NCBI RefSeq assembly: GCF_001194135.2
Contig: NC_069000.1
Span: 14,188,325 to 14,223,467 of the forward strand
Direction: 5' to 3'
DNA: 35,143 nt
Source: Octopus bimaculoides
Taxonomy: Eukaryota
The position numbers and the translations under genes are program-made. Every line of letters starts with the position of its first letter. Position 1 is the stretch's first letter. The notes under the pieces are model-generated. The model was not told where the DNA came from and did no database searches. It saw nothing but the letters and a program-made list of their open reading frames with translations. This document shows, one piece after another, positions 10,754 to 21,820 of the stretch.

Positions 10754-11562
10754 GTGATATTATTGTGTGACATTATTGAGCAATCATGATTTCTTTGCAG
10801 AAAAAATTATATATATCAGTTGCTATCCTTTTCTTTCTTTATGGCAAAAGTATTGTCACTTGGTTAAGAAGTTCATTTCACAACTAATCAGATTCAGTTT
10901 TGACTCCACTGTGAAACAACTTAAGCAAGACTCTTTTACCAGAGCATCGAGTCAACCAAAGTCTCGTAAGTGGTATTTGATAGATGGAAACTGTGTGGAA
11001 GCCTGTCAAAGGGACCGGTTTTGTTTTTGGATGATATGTTACTCTATCCATTACCCAGTTAAACATCACTACATGGCCCTTACATGCCTTTAATGAAGCC
11101 CACTCAATTGCCAGCAATGAGTCAGATCTCTGACCTACAAACAATTCCCCTCCTTGTCTCCTTTCCTCTTACTTTTCCTCCTGTAGCAGTCCCTTAATTT
11201 AAAAAACAATTGTCTCAAATTTCGACACAGGGCTAACAATTTTGAGGGGAGGGGGACACATTGATTGCACCAATGTCAGTATTTGATTGATATCTAATTT
11301 ACCTACCCCCCCCCCAAAAAAAAAGGATGAAAGGCAATGTTGACAGTCAAATTTGAACACAGAAAGTAAAGAACTGAAAGAAATGCCACAAACAGTTTGT
11401 CTGATGTGATAACAATTCTACCAGTTCACTGTCTATTAAAGCTGTTCATTTTTTTTTTTTTAAATCATAATTTATTTCACTAGCTACTGTTTGGTTTTTA
11501 ATGGAAATACCCCATCACACACACACACACACAAGTGATTATAATATATGTGAAATACTTAC

Positions 11563-11699
11563 TACTCCAATGACAGCTATAAATATAATGAATGCCATGT
11601 AAAGATAAGCTGTATGGGCTTTGGCATTGATATCAGGATGACGAGTCTGGTAGAGTCGTAACATACAAAGACAGGCAATGATATACATAAAAGATGTAT
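11563..11699 (-). CDS. SIDT1: SIDT exon 16 (TM)
   Basis: cag|...|gtaagt, 137 nt, (D)[45 protein letters not shown], phase 1->0. Confidence 0.97.
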
Positions 11700-12019
11700 C
11701 TGAAAACAAAAGCAGCGTTTTAATTAAAAAATGAGCTTAAATAATTATGGTAAGTCTGATAGAGTGACAACATATACGGACAGGCATAAAGGATGTATAT
11801 GAAAATAATAGCAATGTTTTGAAAAAAATGAGCTTAAATAGTTATAAAATATATGAATATTTTAGGAGTATTTATATTAGATGAGCACAAGATTTTAGAT
11901 CTGCCCTCTCAGTCTAAAGGCAGTGCTCCAGCATGGCCACAGTCAAATGACTGAAACAAATAAAAGAATATATATACACATATGTGTATATATGCATGTG
12001 TATGTGTGTGTGTGTGTGT

Positions 12020-12356
12020 NNNNNNNNNNNNNNNNNNNNNNNNNNNNNNNNNNNNNNNNNNNNNNNNNNNNNNNNNNNNNNNNNNNNNNNNNNNNNNNNN
12101 NNNNNNNNNNNNNNNNNNNNNNNNNNNNNNNNNNNNNNNNNNNNNNNNNNNNNNNNNNNNNNNNNNNNNNNNNNNNNNNNNNNNNNNNNNNNNNNNNNNN
12201 NNNNNNNNNNNNNNNNNNNNNNNNNNNNNNNNNNNNNNNNNNNNNNNNNNNNNNNNNNNNNNNNNNNNNNNNNNNNNNNNNNNNNNNNNNNNNNNNNNNN
12301 NNNNNNNNNNNNNNNNNNNNNNNNNNNNNNNNNNNNNNNNNNNNNNNNNNNNNNNN
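12020..12356. other. Assembly gap (N run)
   Basis: Ns between (TG)n and (TA)n. Confidence 1.
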
Positions 12357-12388
<32 letters not shown>

Positions 12389-12422
12389 TAAAAAAACAAT
12401 AATTGATATAAATAATACCTAC

Positions 12423-12540
12423 CAAATTGGAAGTTTGAATAAGTTGGACATACATGATAACAAGCACTCATGACCCCTTCCATGCAGAGACCTAAGCCCA
12501 TGGCATAAAATAAACCATATGGTTGAGGAATACCATACAA
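12423..12540 (-). CDS. SIDT1: SIDT exon 15 (TM, SxxxH motif)
   Basis: cag|...|gtaggt, 118 nt, [39 protein letters not shown], phase 0->1. Confidence 0.97.
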
Positions 12541-13329
12541 CTGCAACAGAGTGAAAACAAGAAATTATTTTTAGACAATCTAAATTCTCAATCAAGAAAA
12601 GTTACCATTTTCTTTGATACAAAAGAAAACAACATTCAATCATATTCAATTATAAAACTGAACTATTACATTGTGTAACATGATTTTTGTCCTTGGGTAG
12701 CAACTGTTATTTCCTATTTGCTTATCCCTAGAAAGTATAAAAAGTGGCTAATATTTCCGTCAAATTTTGCAATTTTTACAGTTATTCAAACCCCAAAGAA
12801 TCCTTCTTAGCACATCACTATGATGCTCCCCAACTACTCCTGCTCATGATCAGAGATGTACATATTGTCAGCCACTAAGGGACATGTTCAAGTGGTTAAG
12901 GTGAAGCAACTGACAAGCATGATATTTCTGCTTCAGCAACTCAGTGCTGAATCTATCTGAAATGTAATGGAAAATAAGTCAATTTCAAAACATTGATGTC
13001 CAGATTACAAACACAAAGGTTGAAGGGAATAGTAGTCATTTCCTTTGATTTTTAGATAGAAGCAAATAGAAAACAACACTTACTGACCAAAGACAGGAAA
13101 AAAAAAAAAAAAATTTTGTTACACAGTGTTATTAAACTGAGTAACTTAATTAAGGAGAAAAGTATTATGCAATACTGAATTGTGCTAAAAATATTTGTCT
13201 TTAGGAATGGTTAGATTAAAACTAAATCACTTCAGGTTATGAGATTGCGATATTAACAGAAAGGTTTTGTATCTGAATGTTATTCTGATAAGAAACTAGG
13301 TCTACCTCAAGCTTACAGGTTAATCCAGA

Positions 13330-13548
13330 TATTCAAAGTGTTCAGACAGAAGGAACAAAATTCTCTGCTCCTGGACAAGCTACTAGTCTGTCAGAAAGTT
13401 ATCCCCTTGGTGCCACTGACACTTATTTTCAGTTGAGTATACTGGAGCAACATGAAATGAAAGATATAGCACACTGCCCAATCTGAGAACTGAACCCACA
13501 ACCTAATGCTTATGAGCCCAATACTCTAACCACTAGCCCATGTTCCTT
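13330..13548 (-). mobile_element. Degenerate core-bearing SINE with third tail type
   Basis: CAGTTGAGTATACTGGAGCAACATGAAATGAA core plus tRNA-like head; tail similar to 18710-18850. Confidence 0.6.
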
Positions 13549-13783
13549 CATAAACATAAAAAAATCTAAACTTAATTTTAATTTAGGATTCTTCAAATCA
13601 GGCTGAATTTTCATATTTGTGTCTGTTTCATTCTAGAAACAGCATCAACTATAACAGTTATTGTATTTTGTGACAGGAATATCGGCTGATCTAACTGTCA
13701 AACAATATAAAAGGATATTAACATCAAAAAATAAAATGCATGAATTTATAACAAAATGATGTAGAGATATGATAAAATGTTAC

Positions 13784-13832
13784 CTCTTCAGCTTTTCCAT
13801 ACTTCTTTACTATTTCTCTGTGTATCAAATCC
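13784..13832 (-). CDS. SIDT1: SIDT exon 14
   Basis: cag|...|gtaaca, 49 nt, (R)DLIHREIVKKYGKAEE, phase 2->0; bridges exons 13 and 15. Confidence 0.88.
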
Positions 13833-14862
13833 CTGTAAATATGGAATCATTACTTAATTATTTCTATCATAAGTGTTCATACAACATACTGCTTATTATC
13901 TTATTCTGTTATTACTACATGAGTTACAATTATTTTATTTCTGAAATATATATATTAAAACTACCATTGTACTGGTCAAAGACAACATTTTTCGATCCAT
14001 TTCAGCTTAATTGTTCTCTCTTTCTCTCCCTCTCTCTTACTCACTTTGTCAACCTTCCATATATCGAGTTATCTAACTAATCCACCTTTCTTTATAATCA
14101 CCTTTCTTTTTTTTCTTTCCATCATTCTCAACACAGTCACAAAATATAGCATGACAGGAAGTAAAACCAGTAAAGAAGAAAAGAAACTTGTGCCTTGTCA
14201 TTTCATATACAGAGATATTTACATTACACAAGCCAGTAAAGAAAATATAAGATGTCAAATATCAATATGTAATTATATACAAATTATCTTCTTTATCATT
14301 TTAATATCCATTTTGCCATGCAATGATATCATCAGTGGGCACTAACCTTCAAAGATCATTTTCATTTACCTTGCAACATCCATCAAAAGTTCCTACCACA
14401 ATAACTGTTTTCCTTACATACATTGGTCAATGCAGCTTCATTAACCAATCAATTTCCTGGTCATTTTTTTTCAGCTCAGTCTTGTGATCAAGTATACACT
14501 GCAATATACAATTTACTATACACAACTTGTTTCTCCTCAATTTCTGTAGACCCTGTTTATTGACTATCGGATGCCACGTGAAAATATTTTTGCTGCCAAT
14601 AGAAGTAATCTATTCCCTGAATATCTTCCAACTATTTGGAGATCTAATTACTGTAATATCATTTACTCCTGTTGCTTGTTATTATCAGTAAAGTTAAAGA
14701 AACCAAAAGTCTTCAGTTCTTGGCTGCTCACAAAATTGATAAATAAATCTTGCATAAGGGTTTAATTTTCCATCAGTTTTACCTGAGATCCTATTAGTAA
14801 CATATCTCATTAAGTTTGAAAATGTCAGAGAAAAAAATCTTAGTCAATACAAAGTTACTTAC

Positions 14863-15011
14863 CTGCGCCAAACAAGAAGTAAGAATAAGATTCCAAGTAA
14901 AATGTAACCGATATTGCTGAAGACATTATTAAATGAACTTAGAACTTTATAAGGCATTGCACACTTGAAGTTATAGTAACAAGTGTCTTCATTTCCTGTT
15001 ACATTAAGAAC
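14863..15011 (-). CDS. SIDT1: SIDT exon 13 (TM)
   Basis: tag|...|gtaagt, 149 nt, [49 protein letters not shown], phase 0->2. Confidence 0.97.
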
Positions 15012-15222
15012 CTAAATCAAAGAAGAAAAAAAGTATATAATTCACTTTCAGTCAACAAAATATATATATATATATATAAAAAAAAGAGTGTATGAGAGAG
15101 AAAGAGAGAAGGATGAGGGAAAATAGCAAGATGACAGAATAAAAGATGCTAGAGAGAGAAAAGAAAGGGAGGACATAAGCTGCTAATGAAAGAGAGACAG
15201 GGAGGAGAAGAAAGATAAAATA

Positions 15223-15342
15223 GGCCACAGGAGTGGCTGTGTGGTAAGAAGCTTACTTCCCAACCACATGGTTCCAGGTTCAGTCCTACTGCGTGGCACC
15301 TTGTGAGTGGATTTCATAGACAGAAACTGAAAGAAGCCTATC

Positions 15343-15345
<3 letters not shown>
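15223..15345 (+). mobile_element. SINE family A, 5' half, with internal deletion
   Basis: GGCCACAGGAGTGGCTGTGTGGTAAGAAGCTT...GGTTCAGTCCTACTGCGTGGCACCTTG|TGAGTGG; the segment between two CCTTG words is missing relative to 17019-17180. Confidence 0.85.
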
Positions 15346-15379
<34 letters not shown>

Positions 15380-15543
15380 CGATGAGCATCTTTCAGTTTC
15401 CATCTACCAAATCCACTCACAAGGCTTTGGTCGGCCTGAGGTTATAGTAGAAGACACTTGCCCAAGGTGCCATGCAGTGGGACTGAACCCAGAACCATGT
15501 GGTCAGGAAGCAAGCTTCTTACCACATAGCCACACCTGTGCCT
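15380..15543 (-). mobile_element. SINE family A, 5' half, inverted relative to its neighbour
   Basis: Reverse complement matches the head at 17019-17180; separated from 15223-15345 only by (TG)/(TA)n. Confidence 0.87.
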
Positions 15544-16035
15544 ATGTTATTTTTCTTTCTAAAAGGTTAAGGAGGAAGTAGCATCCCTAGATCTTTTCAG
15601 GGCCTTCAAGCCTAGTATGGAGTTTGCAATGAACCACCACTGGTACATGTGGCAGTTAACATGTTAAACTCTAAGGTTACATACCATTGATCTACTAGCT
15701 TGAATAGTTACTACATGTGTTAACTTTTTGATACCAACCACTTGGGGCCACCCCAGTTCTGTGATATGAAACTAATCATTTTGAAGTATTTAAATTTAAG
15801 CCTTTTATTATAATTTTATGAAAGAATTATATTGAGCTATGTCCCAAACACCAGGTTAATAATGGAGAAGTTAATTATTTTGCTAAATCCATCATGGATA
15901 ATGAATTTCCACGGTATGGTGACAAAAGGAAAAAAAAATTAAATTTAGGCAAAAAAAATTGAATTTCAAAGGGTTGTGAACATTATACAATAAATAATCA
16001 CGACAATTGTTTTCACGAGATTGCTTCATACATAC

Positions 16036-16102
16036 TTTTTGATATGTTATGACTAACTGGATCACTGGAAGTCCATAAAATATAACAATTGTCCAAAGAT
16101 TC
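16036..16102 (-). CDS. SIDT1: SIDT exon 12 (TM)
   Basis: cag|...|gtatgt, 67 nt, (W)NLWTIVIFYGLPVIQLVITYQK, phase 2->0. Confidence 0.96.
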
Positions 16103-16159
16103 CTGAAACAAATAGTGAAGAATGTTATCATTCAAACAATTTTTGCCTATTTTTAATAA

Positions 16160-16420
16160 CATCCATCCATCCACCCATTCTCTCCACCCCCTGTTTTTGG
16201 GAGGGTCATGGGGATAAAATCCTCAGGTACCTCTCCCATGGGATCCCATCATAACATTTTCCGGCTGGTTTTCCCAAGCATGACCAACTGAGACTATGGA
16301 TATTTCCCAACCATGACCAACTGAGACTATGGATATTTTCCAACCATCTCATTCTTGATCTACCCCTAGGTCCTCTGCCAGTTGGCTCAGTTTGAAGAAT
16401 TTGTCTTGCATTTCTTTCTT
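16160..16420 (-). mobile_element. RTE-clade LINE 3' fragment (Expander/Rex3-like) with (GGAT)n tail
   Basis: Translation ARQILQTEPTGRGPRGRSRMRWLENIHSLSWSWLG resembles the RTE ORF C-terminal motif (RPRGRPRTRW..LAW.RLG); ends GAATGGGTGGATGGATGGAT; has an internal 33-bp tandem duplication. Confidence 0.75.
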
Positions 16421-17018
16421 GTAATATTCTAATCAAATGAAGACAGCAAGCTAGCAGAATCGTGATCATGCTAGACAAGATGCTTAATGGTATTTTCTCT
16501 GTCTTTATGTTCTGAGTTCAAATTCTAACTTAGCCTTTCACCTTTTCAGGGTCAATAAAATAAGTACCAGTTAAGCACTGGGGTCAATGTTATCAACTTA
16601 CCCTACCTCCCAAAATTGCCGGCCTTGTGCCAAAATTTGAAATCAATATTCTAATCAAGCGTCCATAATATTTGAGCTGTGACCTCTCGATGTTGAAAAG
16701 TAGCAGCAATTTTGTTTAACTAATAATTTGTAGTATTTGTGAGTTCTTCACCTAATCTACAGCTTGCTTCTGTATCTTTTTATGTTTGTAAATATTTGCA
16801 ACAAATAACAACCAAAGTTCTGGAGAAATACTTTTAGAAACAAGCAAAACCAGTAGAAGGCCACATCTGTGAGATCTAAACAACAACAAACGTTTTATGA
16901 TCATTTGCCTGGTAAAACTATATTGATTTTTTGGGCCTCATGATAGACTTCTCTGCAACAAAAATCACGGACATTTTTACAAAGAGAACTGGAAACAAAT
17001 TACACCATTTGAATAATA

Positions 17019-17200
17019 GGCGTAGGAGTGGCTGTGTGGTAAGTAGCTTGCTTACGAACCGCATGGTTCCGGGTTCAGTCCCACTGCGTGGCACCTTGGG
17101 CAAGTGTCTTCTACTATAGCCTCGGGCCAACCAAAGCCTTGTGAGTGGATTTGGTAGACGGAAACTGAAAGAAGCCCACTGTATGTATGTATGTATATAT
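17019..17200 (+). mobile_element. SINE family A, 5' half, young, ending in its microsatellite
   Basis: GGCGTAGGAGTGGCTGTGTGGTAAGTAGCTTGC...GGTTCCGGGTTCAGTCCCACTGCGTGGCACCTTGGGCAAGTGTCTTCTACTATAGC; tRNA-like A and B boxes; CpGs retained. Confidence 0.87.
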
Positions 17201-17590
17201 ACATATACATATATATATATATATAACTCTTTAAATTTTAGGTTCTTTTATATTTTATATTTTAGACTTTACAATATTCATGCTTAATTACGCATAAATT
17301 TTTATACGCATTTATATTCACACGTATATTTATCTACATTCAGATTTTTATACATATTGATATTTATATTTCGTATATTTATATTTTAAATTTTAAATTT
17401 ATTATGTTGCCGTGTCATATTGGATGTATATCTTTCGAAATATTAAATATTGATTTCCTGAGTATATTATTGATAAGTTCATGAATTTATTAATAATATA
17501 AAAACACATATATACACATTTATTTGCTCAAAATAATTGAGCACTCATTATAAGTTCAGTTATATATTCTTTTAGAATATTACTTATAAA

Positions 17591-17636
<46 letters not shown>

Positions 17637-17821
17637 ATATGTATACTTTTTTTCTTTCTTTTTTTTTTCTTTGCAAAGATCTTGCAACATTTCAAGAAGT
17701 TCAGATATGCTTTTGTGATGGACTGCAAGCAAAGACCGCTGTCTGTGTGAACAGTGAAGCTTATGTTCACAATCAGTTAACACGTATGAAGACAAGGGGA
17801 GATATGAACTCACTTACACAA

Positions 17822-17868
<47 letters not shown>

Positions 17869-17872
17869 AGGG

Positions 17873-18099
17873 TGTTATGGGAGAATCTCGAACGCCCCCA
17901 TGTGACTGAAGGTGGACTATCCAATTACAATAAACAAGAACTGAGTGAACTATCAAGGGGGTAGTTGATGGTGTTAGCACGACCGTGTTGGTTAACCGTG
18001 TTTGTTCAATGTGTGTTGGTTTAACAGTTGGTAGTTGAACAGTGAATACTGAGTACCATACCTACATACGAGTAGTACAGAGTGCGTTCTGTGTTAACA
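17873..18099. mobile_element. Possible solo LTR
   Basis: GC-richer 227-bp block bounded by TGTTA...TAACA with internal AATAAA; no matching TSD. Confidence 0.35.
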
Positions 18100-18428
18100 T
18101 ATTTCTGCAATAGGTTATTTTTAGATAACCCCAACCAATTATTTATTTGTGTAATACCGTTTTACACCAGACATGGATACCCACGTCATAACAAAGGGTT
18201 TCTTTACTTTCCATCTACCAATTTCACTCACAAGGTATTGGTTTACTCACAGCTTTTAGTACAAGACAACAGCCTTCACTTACAAGATATTAGTTCGCTA
18301 CTACAAGACTTCAGCCAACAGCGTCCAGACAATGGCACCAAACTCCTAACCACATGGTTCCAAATTGAACTTCTTAGACATGAAGCCATTACAAATATTT
18401 ATAGTTGTAAAAATAAATGCACTCTTAC

Positions 18429-18502
18429 CAGTTGTACACTTTCCCATATTTTTCCAGTTTTTTCCGCCCTTTACGAGATAAGTCAGACACAAATAATGCT
18501 GT
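18429..18502 (-). CDS. SIDT1: SIDT exon 11
   Basis: cag|...|gtaaga, 74 nt, TALFVSDLSRKGRKKLEKYGKVYN, phase 0->2. Confidence 0.93.
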
Positions 18503-18709
18503 CTGAAATTAAAACAATGACAGGAAATATTTATATTTCAAATATACCACATAATATGTGATAGAAAATGTAATAATGTAGCAAACACAATGATATCAGA
18601 CATTACAAGCACCAGTTTAAAAATGAAAAGAGAAAAAAGGCTGACTGAATAGACTGGAACTACATATCTGTCAGTTACCAAGTAACCAAATTAATAGAGC
18701 ACCTGGTAC

Positions 18710-18965
18710 TGGGTCTGTCAGGGGTTTTAGGATCCATAAGGTCAGAGCTTAAACCTAGTTTCTGTGGCATATAAGTGACTGAGATTACAATACTTCCCTC
18801 TGGATAGGACACCAGTCCATTGGAGGGTTAACTTCCCAACTATTGTTGGAACTCATTTTCAGCTGAGTAGACTGAAGCAGTGTGAAATGAAGTGCTTTGC
18901 TCAAGAACACAATGCATCACCTAGTTCAGGAATTGAAACCACAATCCTATGATCAGGAGTGCAAC
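18710..18965 (-). mobile_element. Core-bearing SINE, third tail type
   Basis: CAGCTGAGTAGACTGAAGCAGTGTGAAATGAAGTGCTTTGCTCAAGAACACAA core (reverse) and tRNA-like head. Confidence 0.72.
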
Positions 18966-19029
18966 ATTATGAACAACAGACTGTTTCATCTTCACAAATT
19001 AGATACCATTCCCACATTTCTTCCACTTT

Positions 19030-19340
19030 AAAACCGGTTAGGGCATCAGGCTCACAATCACAAGGAAATGAGTTCAATTCCCAGACTGGGCTGTATGTTG
19101 TGTTCTTGAGCAAGATACTTTATTTCACATTGCTCCAGTTCACTCAGCAGTAGAAATAAGTTGCAATGTCACTGATGCCAAGTTGTAATCAGCTTTTGCC
19201 TTTCCCTTGAATAACATCAGTGGTATGGAGAGGGGAGACTGGTATGCATGGGCAACTACTGGTCTTCCATAAAACAACCTTGCCCAGACTTATGCGTTGG
19301 AGGGGAACTTTTTAGGTGCAATCCCATGGCCATATTGTAA
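19030..19340 (+). mobile_element. Core-bearing SINE, family D tail
   Basis: B-box-like GAGTTCAATTCCC, core TTGTGTTCTTGAGCAAGATACTTTATTTCACATTGCTCCAGTTCACTCAGC, tail homologous to 8500-8700. Confidence 0.75.
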
Positions 19341-19480
19341 TGCACTCTCCCAGTGGCAACATTCAGGGTTCCCAGGAGACCACACTATGACATCTGAGTT
19401 CTTTCAGTGAATCAGTTTCTCTGTTCAGTCTCAAATTGGTGCTCATAACACTTGAGTTTCATGTAATAAACAAGCATCAC

Positions 19481-19623
19481 CTTTGTTCTGAAAACATCTT
19501 TTTCTTCTTCTGCATCATTCAGAAAATCAATATCTTCTGTGTCTAATGAGGAGTTGACGGATGAAGTATCTTCTGTAGTGGCACTAGGAGACATGGGATT
19601 CAAAAGAGGCGCTGACACGTTGT
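19481..19623 (-). CDS. SIDT1: SIDT exon 10 (cytosolic loop)
   Basis: tag|...|gtgatg, 143 nt, (D)NVSAPLLNPMSPSATTEDTSSVNSSLDTEDIDFLNDAEEEKDVFRTK, phase 1->0. Confidence 0.93.
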
Positions 19624-20050
19624 CTATGAAAGTAGAAGGATTTTAAATTTCATGTTAATTTATGTTCCAAACATCAGCTTAATGATGACAAAGTTATTTT
19701 GGTTTAACTTCATTATTTTTTTAATTAATTGAAAATACAAAGGCTGTATTTCAACAGAAATATGTTAACAAAAGAGTTAAAGGATAATTCTTAATAATCA
19801 AATTAGTTTTTGTGATAATCCAACTAATATCTGTGTCTTTCTATCATAACATTACAACCAAATTATCTGTACAAACAAGCTCAAAATATCATTTTCTTGC
19901 TTTCTCCTTAAACCATTTCATTTTTCTCTTTCAGCTCAAGAACAGAATTTTAGTTAGCATCACTCCATCTTACAAGTCAATTACAAAGATAGATTTTTTT
20001 CTAATTATTTTAGTTATTATTATTAACTTGAAACAATGCATTCTACTTAC

Positions 20051-20107
20051 CATTCCGTCTTTCATTGATACTGCCATATCTCTGAGTTTGATAACCTTGT
20101 GGTAATG
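20051..20107 (-). CDS. SIDT1: SIDT exon 9 (cytosolic loop, YGSI motif)
   Basis: ttttttcag|...|gtaagt, 57 nt, (A)LPQGYQTQRYGSINERRN, phase 1->1. Confidence 0.87.
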
Positions 20108-20664
20108 CTGAAAAAATATTATCAAATTTTTAAAATGTCTTTAAAATATAATTTCACATCATGGTAGAGTAAAAAAATGTATTTAATTTCCAAAAAATCC
20201 AATAAATTTTATTCTGAAAATATTTCAACTTTTTACTGAACATGGTAATATAACTTTCAATTTCAGTGGAACAAAATTTAATATTAGTTTCAAATTTTGG
20301 CACAAGGCCAGCAATTTTGGGGGTTGGTTAAGTCAATTACATTGACCCCAATGATCGACTGATACTATTTTATTGACCCCGAAAGGATGAAAGACAACGA
20401 CAGCCTTGGCAGAATTTGAACTCAGACCATACAGACGAACAAAATGCAGATCAACATTTTGTTCAGTGTGCTAATGATTTTGCCAGCTCGCCACCTTCTG
20501 AGCAAAATTTAATATCAATTGTATTATTAAATTGTGTCCTGAAGAAGATTAGAATTTTCTCCAAGACAAAAATGATCATCCCACAAAACCAAGACTTCAA
20601 GTATTATTTTGTTTGTCTAACAGTAATTCTCTTTTACAATTATCACATGATGTCAATAGAAGGG

Positions 20665-20696
<32 letters not shown>

Positions 20697-21432
20697 AATA
20701 TGCGCACTGTAGATTTTTTTCAATTTCCATCTACCAACTCCACGTAGAAGGAATTGGTTATCCCAAGGCTATAGTAGAAGACATTTTCACAAACATATGG
20801 TTGAGAAGCAAAGCTCTTCAACCACAGAGCCATGTTGCACCTATCTCTAAATGGAAATTTGGAATATGTTCCTGGTTTGAAAGATACCCACATAAGAATT
20901 GGAATATAGTATGTAAAAAGAAATTTTGACTCTTGAAATTATACAGCAAATCAGCTGACTCGGTTTACCATAAAAATCAATTAAAATGTATTGATCAGTA
21001 ATCAAATACTTTCTTTTTCAACCACTAGAATCAGTATATTAATAATGTCAATATCATTAAATATAATATAATCTCTATAGTAAATTACCATAGCTACAGT
21101 ATAAACATGCTATATATACTGAAAATAAGACGTTTAATGGAAGCAAGTAATCAATTTGATGTACATACTTAGTAAATATTCGATTTTATATAACGGGAAG
21201 GTAAAGTGAGTAAATTTCACGATTTCTGAATATTATGCAACAGTGAGTAGCAACTAATAGCCTTTTAAAAATCAACGATAAATAGAAGGTTACAAAGTAC
21301 CAAACATTGTCTTTATTATCATGCTGTGTCAAAAAGTTTGAATAGATTAAAACTGTTCACCTTTACAAAGCATACACAGATCTGTACATGACAATTATTT
21401 TCAACACAACAAACTTATTAGCATCACACAAT

Positions 21433-21820
21433 GTTGTTGTTGGCACTCCGTCGCTTACGATGTCGAGGGTTCCAGTTGATCCAATCAACGGAACAGCCTG
21501 CTCGTGAAATTAACGTGCAAGTGGCTGAGCACTCCACAGACACGTGTATCCTTAACGTAGTTCTCGGGGGATATTCAGCATGACACAGTGTGACAAGGCT
21601 GACCCTTTGAAACTACAGGCACAACAGAAACAGGAAGTAAGAGTGAGAGAAAGTTGTGGTGAAAGAGTACAGCAGGGTTCGCCACCATCCCCTGCCGGAG
21701 CCTCGTGGAGCTTTTAGGTGTTTTTGCTCAATAAACACTCACAACGCCCGGTCTGGGAATCGAAACCGCGATCCTATGACCGCAAGTCCGCTGCCCTAAC
21801 CACTGGGCCATTGCGCCTCC
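21433..21820 (-). mobile_element. Young full-length tRNA-derived SINE (family B) with 13-bp TSD
   Basis: Head GGAGGCGCAATGGCCCAGTGGTTAGG, B box GGTTTCGATTCCC, (CAA)n tail; AGCATCACACAAT at 21420-21432 and 21823-21835. Confidence 0.93.

Noticed and set aside
14046-14765. Several 60-100 aa ORFs in the intron between exons 13 and 14
   Set aside because: No recognisable motifs; the exon 13-14-15 chain is already complete and in phase.
17222-17545. Extremely AT-rich tract
   Set aside because: Low complexity with no definable unit, termini or ORF.
21361-21381. Possible 21-nt phase-1 microexon (DLCMLCK)
   Set aside because: The polypyrimidine tract is poor and the donor (GTGAAC) weak; such matches are expected by chance.
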